25,054 bases of DNA. It comes from a plasmid. The translations under genes were made by a program, and so were the position numbers. The notes under the pieces are model-generated. The model searched no databases. It was given only the letters and a program-made list of their open reading frames with translations, and had not been told where the DNA came from. The DNA lies in sequence record NZ_CP007673.1; one strand, given 5' to 3'. The number at the start of each line of letters is the position of its first letter. Positions within the stretch are counted from its first letter, which is position 1. Positions 16,047 through 25,054 of the stretch are shown one piece after another.

Positions 16047-16091
16047 GTGTACACCCTAATCATACAAATAAATCTATTGAATTTATAGCAA
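16047..16091. promoter_or_regulatory. Partial Sin-type res site (half-site homologous to 20351-20395)
   Basis: gtgtacaccctaatcatacaaataaatctattgaatttatagcaa matches gatacaccctaatcacacaaaataagttattgaatttatagtaac upstream of sin. The inverted partner half is missing. Confidence 0.45.
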
Positions 16092-16142
16092 TGTCACTTT
16101 GCTTGATATATGAGAATTATTTAACCTTATAAATGAGAAAAA

Positions 16143-16180
16143 AGCAACGCACTTTAAATAAGATACGTTGCTTTTTCGAT
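16143..16180. terminator. Bidirectional hairpin about 215 bp downstream of blaZ
   Basis: aagcaacg..cgttgctt is an 8-bp stem with A/T runs on both sides. Confidence 0.4.
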
Positions 16181-16392
16181 TGATGAACACCTATAATTAA
16201 ACTATTCATCTATTATTTATGATTTTTTGTATATACAATATTTCTAGTTTGTTAAAGAGAATTAAAAAAATAAATCTCGAAAATAATAGAGGGAAAATCA
16301 GTTTTTGATATCAAAATTATACATGTCAACGATAATACAAAATATAATACAAACTATAAGATGTTATCAGTATTTATTATGCATTTAGAATA

Positions 16393-17313
<921 letters not shown>

Positions 17314-17344
17314 TTATTATAAATATTTGAAAGAAGGTGTTGAA

Positions 17345-19102
17345 ATGGCTAAGTTATTAATAATGAGCATAGTAAGCTTTTGTTTTATATTTCTATTGTT
17401 ATTATTTTTTAGGTACATATTAAAACGCTATTTTAATTATATGTTAAATTATAAAGTTTGGTATCTAACTCTTCTTGCAGGATTAATTCCTTTCATTCCT
17501 ATTAAATTCTCTCTTTTTAAATTTAATAATGTGAATAATCAAGCGCCCACAGTTGAAAGTAAGTCACACGAATTGAACCATAACATAAATACCACCAAAC
17601 CTATTCAAGAGTTCACAACAGATATCCATAAGTTTAATTGGGATTCAATTGATAATATCTGCACAGTTATTTGGATAGTTTTAGTTATTATTTTAAGTTT
17701 TAAATTTTTGAAAGCCTTATTATATCTTAAATATTTAAAGAAACAGTCACTCTATCTAAACGAAAATGAAAAAAATAAAATAGATACGATACTTTTCAAC
17801 CATCAATATAAAAAAAATATTGTGATTCGAAAAGCAGAGGCTATTCAATCTCCAATAACTTTTTGGTATGGGAAATATATTATTTTGATTCCTAGTTCAT
17901 ATTTTAAAAGTGTAATTGACAAAAGACTAAAATATATAATATTGCATGAATATGCTCATGCTAAAAATAGAGATACTTTACATTTAATTATCTTTAATAT
18001 CTTCTCTATTATTATGAGTTACAATCCATTAGTACATATTGTAAAAAGAAAGATAATTCATGACAATGAAGTAGAAGCCGATAGATTTGTCCTTAATAAT
18101 ATTAACAAAAATGAATTTAAAACTTATGCGGAAGCTATTATGGATTCCGTATTAAAAATCTCAGTTTTTAATAAAAATATACTAAGCCACTCATTTAATG
18201 GTAAAAAATCATTACTCAAAAGAAGATTAATGAATATAAAGGACGCCAATCTGAAAAAACAATCAAAATTAATTCTAATTTTCATTTGTATTTTTACTTT
18301 TTTTCTCATGGTAATTCAAAGCCAATTTTTGATGGGGCAATCCTTAACTGATGATAATTTTAAAAAACCCTTACAGAACGATTACCAAATTTTAGATAAA
18401 AGTAAAATTTTTGGTTCAAATAGTGGATCTTTCGTCATGTACAGCATGAAGAAAGACAAATACTATATTTATAACGAAAAAGAAAGTAGAAAAAGGTATT
18501 CTCCTAATTCAACTTATAAAATTTATTTAGCTATGTTTGGACTTGACCGACATATTATAAGTGATGAAAATTCACGTATGTCATGGAATCATAAGCATTA
18601 CCCTTTTGATGCTTGGAATAAGGAACAAGATTTAAATACAGCAATGCAAAATTCAGTTAATTGGTACTTCGAACGTATTAGTAATCAAATACCAAAGAAC
18701 TATACAGCGGCTCAACTCAAGCAATTAAATTATGGTAATGAAAATTTGGGAAGTTATAAAAGCTATTGGATGGAAGATAGTTTGAAAATATCTAATCTTG
18801 AACAAGTAATAGTTTTTAAAAATATGATGGAACAAAATAACCATTTTAGTAAAAATGAAAAGAAACAATTATCTTCTTCGTTATTGATTAGAAAAAATGA
18901 AAATTATGAATTGTATGGGAAAACAGGTACAGGTATAGTAAACGGGAAGTACAATAATGGGTGGTTTGTAGGTTACGTAATTACAAATCATGATAAGTAT
19001 TATTTTTCTACACATTTATCAGATGAAAAAGCCTCTGGTGAAAATGCTAAATTAATAAATGAAAAAATATTAAAAGAAATGGGTGTTTTAAATGGCCAAT
19101 AA
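17345..19102 (+). CDS. blaR1: Beta-lactam sensor/signal transducer BlaR1
   Basis: The protein is 585 aa, [14 protein letters not shown]..., with the HEYAH zinc protease motif and the C-terminal penicillin-binding sensor domain (STYK..KTG). The ATG at 17345 has RBS AAGGTG. Confidence 0.95.
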   Translation: MAKLLIMSIVSFCFIFLLLLFFRYILKRYFNYMLNYKVWYLTLLAGLIPFIPIKFSLFKFNNVNNQAPTVESKSHELNHNINTTKPIQEFTTDIHKFNWDSIDNICTVIWIVLVIILSFKFLKALLYLKYLKKQSLYLNENEKNKIDTILFNHQYKKNIVIRKAEAIQSPITFWYGKYIILIPSSYFKSVIDKRLKYIILHEYAHAKNRDTLHLIIFNIFSIIMSYNPLVHIVKRKIIHDNEVEADRFVLNNINKNEFKTYAEAIMDSVLKISVFNKNILSHSFNGKKSLLKRRLMNIKDANLKKQSKLILIFICIFTFFLMVIQSQFLMGQSLTDDNFKKPLQNDYQILDKSKIFGSNSGSFVMYSMKKDKYYIYNEKESRKRYSPNSTYKIYLAMFGLDRHIISDENSRMSWNHKHYPFDAWNKEQDLNTAMQNSVNWYFERISNQIPKNYTAAQLKQLNYGNENLGSYKSYWMEDSLKISNLEQVIVFKNMMEQNNHFSKNEKKQLSSSLLIRKNENYELYGKTGTGIVNGKYNNGWFVGYVITNHDKYYFSTHLSDEKASGENAKLINEKILKEMGVLNGQ

Positions 19103-19472
19103 GCAAGTTGAAATATCTATGGCTGAATGGGATGTTATGAATATAATATGGGATAAAAAATCAGTATCAGCTAATGAAATTGTAGTTGAAATTCAAAAAT
19201 ATAAAGAAGTTAGTGATAAAACGATTAGAACATTAATCACAAGACTATATAAAAAAGAGATTATAAAACGATACAAATCAGAAAATATTTATTTTTACTC
19301 ATCAAATATTAAAGAAGACGATATTAAAATGAAAACTGCTAAAACCTTTCTTAATAAACTGTATGGAGGGGATATGAAAAGTTTAGTGCTGAATTTTGCG
19401 AAAAATGAAGAATTAAATAACAAAGAAATTGAAGAATTGCGAGACATTTTAAATGATATTAGTAAAAAGTAA
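19092..19472 (+). CDS. blaI: Penicillinase repressor BlaI
   Basis: The protein is 126 aa, [20 protein letters not shown]... It overlaps the blaR1 stop. Confidence 0.95.
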   Translation: MANKQVEISMAEWDVMNIIWDKKSVSANEIVVEIQKYKEVSDKTIRTLITRLYKKEIIKRYKSENIYFYSSNIKEDDIKMKTAKTFLNKLYGGDMKSLVLNFAKNEELNNKEIEELRDILNDISKK

Positions 19473-19571
19473 TTAGAGGTATGTTTCAAACATAATACAT
19501 ATGTAAACTATGCTTGACTCTTATTAAATTAGTTTTGTTAATGACATTTAAAATATATTATTAAAGATGAG

Positions 19572-19612
19572 AGTGTACAGAAAATAACCATTTTCTGTAC
19601 ACTCTCTTTTTA
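19572..19612 (+). terminator. Intrinsic terminator after blaI
   Basis: gagagtgtacagaaaa / ttttctgtacactctc is a 16-bp stem followed by TTTTT. Confidence 0.75.
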
Positions 19613-19735
19613 TATCTAGATATATATCTATTATACATATTTTAGTGTTCAATAACCCAACAGAAAATCTATGTTCAAAAAAGATCTTGTGATTAAGTTA
19701 TGGTACACTGAAGGTGTATATAGGAGGTTTGTATT

Positions 19736-20314
19736 TTGAAAATAGGTTATGCAAGAGTTTCAACTGGATTACAGAACTTGGATTTACAGGAAGATCGGTT
19801 AAATCAATATGGTTGTGAAAAGATATTTAATGATCATATGAGTGGTTCAAAAAGTAAGCGACCTGGTTTAGATAAAGCCATTGAATTTGCGAGGTCAGGA
19901 GATACGATTGTTGTTTGGAGACTAGATAGACTAGGACGTAACATGGAAGATTTAATCACATTAGTTAATGAACTTAATAATCGAGGCGTGAGTTTTCATA
20001 GTTTAGAAGAAAATATAACAATGGATAAATCAAGTTCTACAGGACAATTGTTATTTCATTTATTCGCAGCATTTGCAGAGTTTGAACGTAATTTAATTTT
20101 AGAACGTTCTTCAGCGGGACGAATTGCAGCTCGTGCTAGAGGACGCTATGGAGGTCGACCCGAAAAATTAAATAAACAAGATTTAAAATTACTCAAAACA
20201 CTTTATGATAATGGAACACCAATTAAAACTATTGCAGAGCAATGGAAAGTTTCACGTACAACAATCTATCGTTATCTCAATAAGTTAAATAACCAAGAAA
20301 ATAAAGATAAATAA
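19736..20314 (+). CDS. bin3: Bin3/BinR-type serine recombinase (resolvase/invertase)
   Basis: MKIGYARVSTGLQNLDLQ... has the catalytic Ser in the YARVST motif and a C-terminal HTH. The TTG start has RBS AGGAGG. Confidence 0.85.
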   Translation: MKIGYARVSTGLQNLDLQEDRLNQYGCEKIFNDHMSGSKSKRPGLDKAIEFARSGDTIVVWRLDRLGRNMEDLITLVNELNNRGVSFHSLEENITMDKSSSTGQLLFHLFAAFAEFERNLILERSSAGRIAARARGRYGGRPEKLNKQDLKLLKTLYDNGTPIKTIAEQWKVSRTTIYRYLNKLNNQENKDK

Positions 20315-20350
20315 TATTACTAAATTTTAAGAAAGATAAAAATTAGACAG

Positions 20351-20428
20351 GATACACCCTAATCACACAAAATAAGTTATTGAATTTATAGTAACTTAAA
20401 TGTATGATTAGGGTGTATATTAATTATG
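20351..20428. promoter_or_regulatory. Sin resolution site (resH-like): the inverted repeat tacaccctaatca / tgattagggtgta with accessory sequence
   Basis: It lies directly upstream of sin. Confidence 0.55.
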
Positions 20429-20440
20429 GAGTGAAAATGA

Positions 20441-21049
20441 ATGATTATAGGTTATGCAAGAGTATCTTCGATAGATCAAAATTTAGAAAGACAATTGGAT
20501 AATTTAAAGACATTTGGTGTGGAGAAAATCTTTACAGAGAAACAGTCGGGAAAGTCAGTGGAAAATAGATTTATATTTCAAGAAGCTCTCAATTTTGTCA
20601 GAATGGGAGATCGATTCGTTGTGGAATCTATTGATCGTTTAGGACGTAACTATGATGAAATTATTGAAACTGTGAATTATTTAAAAGAAAAAGACGTTCA
20701 GTTAATGATTACCAGCTTACCTATGATGAATGAAGTAATTGGCAATCCATTATTAGATAAATTTATGAAAGATATAATCATTCAAATATTAGCAATGGTT
20801 TCAGAACAAGAGAGAAATGAAAGTAAACGTCGACAAGCGCAAGGGATTCAAGTTGCGAAAGAAAAAGGCGTATATAAAGGGCGTCCTTTGCTTTATTCAC
20901 CGAACGCGAAAGATCCCCAAAAACGTGTTATCTATCATCGAGTTGTCGAAATGTTAGAAGAAGGGCAAGCAATTAGTAAGATTGCGAAAGAGGTTAATAT
21001 TACAAGACAGACAGTTTATAGAATTAAACATGATAAGGGATTATCTTGA
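20441..21049 (+). CDS. sin: Sin serine recombinase (plasmid multimer resolvase)
   Basis: The protein is 202 aa, [18 protein letters not shown]... Confidence 0.9.
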   Translation: MIIGYARVSSIDQNLERQLDNLKTFGVEKIFTEKQSGKSVENRFIFQEALNFVRMGDRFVVESIDRLGRNYDEIIETVNYLKEKDVQLMITSLPMMNEVIGNPLLDKFMKDIIIQILAMVSEQERNESKRRQAQGIQVAKEKGVYKGRPLLYSPNAKDPQKRVIYHRVVEMLEEGQAISKIAKEVNITRQTVYRIKHDKGLS

Positions 21050-21142
21050 TAAATGGATTGTCAATGCAAATGAGCGTTTCTCACAGCGTCCCAAAATATA
21101 TGTTAATCATGTATTATGAGATTTTAATAATAAGAGAGGAAA

Positions 21143-21185
21143 AAAAGAGAGCGTTTTTGCCCTCTCTTTTTTATATTTTTCTCAA
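21143..21185 (+). terminator. Intrinsic terminator after sin
   Basis: aaagagagcg ttttt gccctctcttt followed by a T-run. Confidence 0.55.
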
Positions 21186-21499
21186 TAACGAAGATTTTTA
21201 AACTATGTTATTTTTTTTGTAACTATGTAATCTATTCTACCTTTTCTTACACTCCCTAACTTTTCGTCACAGTTTGGACAGCCGATATCATGTGCATTAT
21301 GGGCAGTGAAATTGTGTGTCTTATACATTAACATATCATTGTTTAATGGTGGTTAATTTAAAGGTGATAGTTAATATTATATATAGATGAATAAAGCAAG
21401 CAACAGAGCTGAAAAAACACTTTTAGATTATTTTTGCTCATTCTCTATTTTGTTTATTTTCGTTATAATAAATAAAGAATATTAAATGGAAGTGTTTTT

Positions 21500-21793
21500 A
21501 TGAAAAAGAAATTTGTTTCTAGTTGTATTGCTAGTACAATCTTATTCGGCACTTTATTAGGTGTAACTTATAAAGCTGAAGCTGCAACAGTACATTTAGC
21601 TGGTGGTGTTTGGAGTCATGGTATTGGAAAACATTACGTATGGTCTCATTATAGTCATAATAAAAGAAACCATGGCTCAACAGCAGTAGGAAAGTATTCA
21701 TCTTTTAGTGGTGTTGCTCGACCTGGTGTTCAATCTAAGGCATCTGCTCCAAAGGCTTGGGGTGGAAACAAAACATTTTATAGTCTTCACTAA
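21500..21793 (+). CDS. Lactococcin 972-family bacteriocin precursor (signal peptide ...YKAEA|ATV)
   Basis: The mature region GGVWSHGIGKHYVWSHYSHNKRNHGSTAVGKYSS... aligns with Lcn972 (EGTWQHGYGVSSAYSNYHHGSKTHSATVV...). Confidence 0.65.
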   Translation: MKKKFVSSCIASTILFGTLLGVTYKAEAATVHLAGGVWSHGIGKHYVWSHYSHNKRNHGSTAVGKYSSFSGVARPGVQSKASAPKAWGGNKTFYSLH

Positions 21794-21816
21794 TTACATA
21801 TATTAATTAAGGAGAA

Positions 21817-21848
21817 TAGACAGAATTAAGTAAACTTAATTCTGTCTA
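21817..21848 (+). terminator. Strong 14-bp-stem hairpin between the bacteriocin gene and the downstream membrane-protein gene (attenuator/partial terminator)
   Basis: tagacagaattaag - taaa - cttaattctgtcta. Confidence 0.45.
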
Positions 21849-21867
21849 TTCTCTTGAAAGAGGCAAT

Positions 21868-23169
21868 ATGAAAAAATTCAAATTATTTTTAGATTTTAGT
21901 ACTTTACTATTAATTTCAGGGCTATTATTTTTATTTTTCTTCAAAGAAAGTGAAGAAATTATACCTGAAAGTTCCAATATTTTAACAATCTCTAATTGGG
22001 ATAAATCTAACAGTAAATCAAAAGTGTTAGATGCCATTGAATCAGGCGCCAAAAATCAAAATATACAAATAATTAGGTCCGTTAAAGATTTTGATAATAA
22101 ACAAGAATTTTTTGTTTTCAACTCAAAACGAAATAATTCTGACCTTATACGTAATAAAACATCACTTTTAACTCCATCAGATTTATTAAACAGAGAGATA
22201 AAAGGAAAGTATTATATTATTGGCGAACATTTCAATGTGGAAGAGCTTACGAGTGAATTAAAAAAAGCTGGTTTAACATCTGAAGTTGAATACATAAATA
22301 GAAACATATTATTTTTTGAATTAGTCATAGATAATGATTTATTAGTGCCTTTCATATTCTTAGGAGTATTATATCTTTTGTATTACTTATATGACAGAGG
22401 ACATCATTTAAAATTTTATGCTGTTCAAAAGCTACATGGCTTTTCAACTACACGCATTATTTTTCATAATATTCATCTAAAAATCATCTATTGGCTAATA
22501 CTTACCTCCATTTTCTTTATTGCTAATATATTAATCATTCATATAGCCAATTTAGAATTGGATTTCTTAATGTTTGTTCGTAGGTTTATCGTGTTGCTTT
22601 TTGTTTTTGCTTGTATTACTACATTGTTGTGGCTGATTTCGTATAGTCTTCTTTTGAAGTTAAATATTCCATTAACCTTAAAAGGGAAAAAAGGATATAA
22701 GTTTTCAATATTTATGGGTACCTTCACCAAATGTACCATGGTTCTAATACTATCTTTTTTACTTGCACAAAATTTAAATGCTTATACGAAGTTAAAAAAT
22801 ATATATGACTCTGAAAAAATCTGGCAAAAGCTAGAGAATTACTATACGTTAGAGATTTCTCCTAATATTAGAAACTTAGAAGAAAAACAAATTTTAGAAA
22901 CTAATGTATACAACTTAATTAAGAAAAGCGAACAACTTGGAGGATTGCTTTTAAAGAATAATAATATAGCCAATCCCGATAAAAATAATTACATTCCTGA
23001 AAATGGCAATGTCTTTTTTATCAATAACAATTTTCTGAATTTCTATAAAAATATAAATCCTGATTTTAAAATGATTGCCAATCATTCGGATAAAATAAAC
23101 GTGTTTATTCCTCCAAGGTTACAATCTCAAAAATCTGAAATTCAAAAAAAATCACCAAGGATGGATTGA
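21868..23169 (+). CDS. Bacteriocin-associated integral membrane protein (DUF1430-like), N-terminal 433-aa segment. It is interrupted by a frameshift.
   Basis: RBS AGAGG precedes the start. The segment has an N-terminal TM, a large extracytoplasmic domain and then TM helices. The frame ends just after the A8 run at 23144-23151. Confidence 0.6.
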   Translation: MKKFKLFLDFSTLLLISGLLFLFFFKESEEIIPESSNILTISNWDKSNSKSKVLDAIESGAKNQNIQIIRSVKDFDNKQEFFVFNSKRNNSDLIRNKTSLLTPSDLLNREIKGKYYIIGEHFNVEELTSELKKAGLTSEVEYINRNILFFELVIDNDLLVPFIFLGVLYLLYYLYDRGHHLKFYAVQKLHGFSTTRIIFHNIHLKIIYWLILTSIFFIANILIIHIANLELDFLMFVRRFIVLLFVFACITTLLWLISYSLLLKLNIPLTLKGKKGYKFSIFMGTFTKCTMVLILSFLLAQNLNAYTKLKNIYDSEKIWQKLENYYTLEISPNIRNLEEKQILETNVYNLIKKSEQLGGLLLKNNNIANPDKNNYIPENGNVFFINNNFLNFYKNINPDFKMIANHSDKINVFIPPRLQSQKSEIQKKSPRMD

Positions 23170-23200
23170 CTTTCAAAAGCAACAAAACAAAAAAGTAGAT

Positions 23201-23803
23201 GTGCAAGTACTGTCAAAAAACGTATCTGTTTTTTCTTTTGATCGCACAACTAATTTGAAATTTGGGTATCTAGATTCTCCAATAGTACTGTTGTTGACGC
23301 CTGACGATTTAACAGGAGATTTTTATTTAGCTGCTGTTTCTCAAGGTGGATATCTATTTAAAGATTTAGATACACTTAAACAGTTGCTTAAAGATAATCA
23401 CCTAGCAGAAGAAATTAGCGGTATAACTAATTACAAGGATTCTGTGCTAAATGAAATAAATGAAACGAAAACAAAAATGATAATAACAATAGTTACTATC
23501 ATAATTAACGTTTTCATTCTTTTGATAGCTACTGTATTTGAAACAATTCAATATTTTAGTTGGAATAGAAAGCAACTATTATTAAGAAAAATTCATGGTT
23601 ATTCATTATTCAGCAGTAATGTACGTTATTTAACGATTTCTATCTTACTTTCTATTATGTTAGCTTACACTACGCATATTTTATTTTGTTCAAAGATATT
23701 ACTACTCATAATAGTGTCTATTGCTATTATTCAATATTTACTTCAAATTGCTTATATTAAATATCTTGAAAAATACTTTAAAGATTTAATGAGGGAGATT
23801 TAA
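23201..23803 (+). CDS. C-terminal segment (FtsX-like TM bundle) of the same DUF1430 membrane protein, in the -1 frame
   Basis: Removing one A from the A8 run joins ...IQKNHQGWIDFQKQQNKKVDVQVLSKNVS... into a single protein of about 645 aa. Confidence 0.55.
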   Translation: MQVLSKNVSVFSFDRTTNLKFGYLDSPIVLLLTPDDLTGDFYLAAVSQGGYLFKDLDTLKQLLKDNHLAEEISGITNYKDSVLNEINETKTKMIITIVTIIINVFILLIATVFETIQYFSWNRKQLLLRKIHGYSLFSSNVRYLTISILLSIMLAYTTHILFCSKILLLIIVSIAIIQYLLQIAYIKYLEKYFKDLMREI

Positions 23804-23806
23804 ACA

Positions 23807-24118
23807 ATGAAAAGAACTTTAATTATTGTAACAAGTGTACTATTAATCATCATACTTAGTCTGTTATTGGTTAGAAACGAGCATTTAGATCGTTTTAACC
23901 CACTGTTAAAAGAAAAAGTATCTTATGCCAAAGTTCCAAAAGACACCCAGGACTATAGAAATATAACTGTATACTCTAAAAATGGAGAAAAAAAGAGTTA
24001 TAAATTGGATTTTTTAGGTTATGATCCTACAAAAGAATATGTGAAAGTAAATCATAAAGGGAAATATGTGCGTTCGATAGAATACATTACAAAAGATATT
24101 CCTAGCTTTTTAAAATGA
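23807..24118 (+). CDS. Small N-terminally anchored protein, possibly YxeA/DUF1093-family (bacteriocin/peptide-resistance accessory)
   Basis: RBS GAGGGAG precedes the start. The protein is MKRTLIIVTSVLLIIILSLLLV followed by a beta-rich 80-aa domain. Confidence 0.4.
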   Translation: MKRTLIIVTSVLLIIILSLLLVRNEHLDRFNPLLKEKVSYAKVPKDTQDYRNITVYSKNGEKKSYKLDFLGYDPTKEYVKVNHKGKYVRSIEYITKDIPSFLK

Positions 24119-24129
24119 GGTGACCGATA

Positions 24130-24757
24130 GTGATAAAAACTTGAAAATGTTTTTGTAAAAAAAGGTAATAAAAACATTTTAGACGAATGTAATTTTAATT
24201 TTGAAAAAGGAAAATCATATGCTTTAGTTGGAGAAAGTGGCGCTGGAAAATCTACTTTACTTAACATAATCGCTGGGTTCGAAGATGTATCACAAGGGAG
24301 CATATATATTGAAGATAAGTTACTAAAAAAGAAAGTCGATTTTTATAGATATACGTTAGGGTATTTGTTTCAAAATTTTGCTTTACTTGAAAATCAAACA
24401 ATCAGTCAAAATTTAGATTTAGCCCTAAAGTTCAAAAAGAATAAAAAAGATAATATGAACTTAAAGAAAGAAGTATTAAAAAAGGTCAGCCTAGATTTAG
24501 ATATCAAGAGGATTGTTAATTCTCTAAGTGGTGGTGAACAGCAAAGAGTTGCGTTGGCGAGACTTATATTAAAAGATCCGAAAATCATTTTAGCTGATGA
24601 ACCTACTGGGTCATTAGATACGAAAAACGGAAAAATAGTCATTGATTTATTATTAAATCTACTTGATGAAAATAAAACTATGATTGTCGTAACACATGAT
24701 TTAGATCTTGCGAAACGATTTGATGTCATAGTCAATATTTCTGAGCTTAGAAATTAA
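24130..24757 (+). pseudogene. ABC transporter ATP-binding protein, frameshifted at codon 4 (A5 run at 24135-24139)
   Basis: RBS GAGGTGA then GTG ATA AAA ACT TGA. With one fewer A the protein reads [49 protein letters not shown]... (Walker A), ...LSGGEQQRVALARL (signature), ...ILADEPTGSLD (Walker B), ending at 24757. Confidence 0.65.
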
Positions 24758-24939
24758 GAAATATTGATAGATATAGTTACACATAGAGAAAAAAGCAACA
24801 TCAAAGAGATTACGATCCACAATTAGAGAAAGAACGAGAGGCTTTTTTAAAACAGCTTGAACTGAATTGGGAATAATAGAAACTTATTAAGTAGTGTTAG
24901 TAGCTTTAATTTTTATAGTTTGAGTTAAGGAGTGATTTT

Positions 24940-25054
24940 ATGAAATTAGCTGAAGCTATAAAAGAACAGAGAGAATTAAAAGGATGGTCTCAAGAGGAAT
25001 TAGCCAATATATTAAAGGTTTCCAGACAAAGTGTTTCTAAATGGGAAAGTGCTA
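24940..25054 (+). CDS. XRE-family HTH transcriptional regulator, 3'-truncated by the window end
   Basis: RBS AAGGAG precedes the start. MKLAEAIKEQRELKGWSQEELANILKVSRQSVSKWESA is a canonical XRE HTH. Confidence 0.6.
   Translation, partial: MKLAEAIKEQRELKGWSQEELANILKVSRQSVSKWESA

Noticed and set aside
18124-24735. Short antisense ORFs 18124-18309, 19295-19489, 21846-22052, 22539-22739, 24052-24303 and 24406-24735
   Set aside because: Each lies antisense inside a well-supported gene (blaR1, blaI, the DUF1430 gene, the ABC ATPase) without an RBS.

Overview
This AT-rich window reads as most or all of a Staphylococcus-type multiresistance plasmid, pSK1/pI258-like in backbone. It carries a theta replication module: a pSK1 Par-like single-gene partition protein, a centromere-like repeat region, a candidate antisense RNAI, and a RepA_N initiator with internal iterons. 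It also carries a blaZ-blaR1-blaI operon next to bin3 and sin serine recombinases with res sites, a cadD-cadX cadmium module, and three IS257 copies, two of which have nonsense-mutated transposases. The structure between roughly 3.3 and 10.8 kb resolves as two related rolling-circle (pC194/pUB110-family, Rep_1) plasmid remnants. Each is circularly permuted and interrupted inside its rep gene by IS257. They lie as an imperfect inverted duplication around an IS257-thioredoxin-like gene-IS257 core, and pC194-type dso nick motifs and ssoA-like palindromes are still recognisable. Further features are two unlisted Fst/PepA1-like type I toxin loci with convergent antisense RNAs (about 430-526 and 14288-14380), a solo DUF262 (ParB-like, DGQQR) protein, a divergent membrane/secreted protein pair of unknown function, and a lactococcin-972-family bacteriocin operon whose DUF1430 membrane protein and ABC ATPase each carry a poly-A frameshift. 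The window ends inside an XRE HTH gene whose remainder appears at the window start, which suggests a circular replicon.
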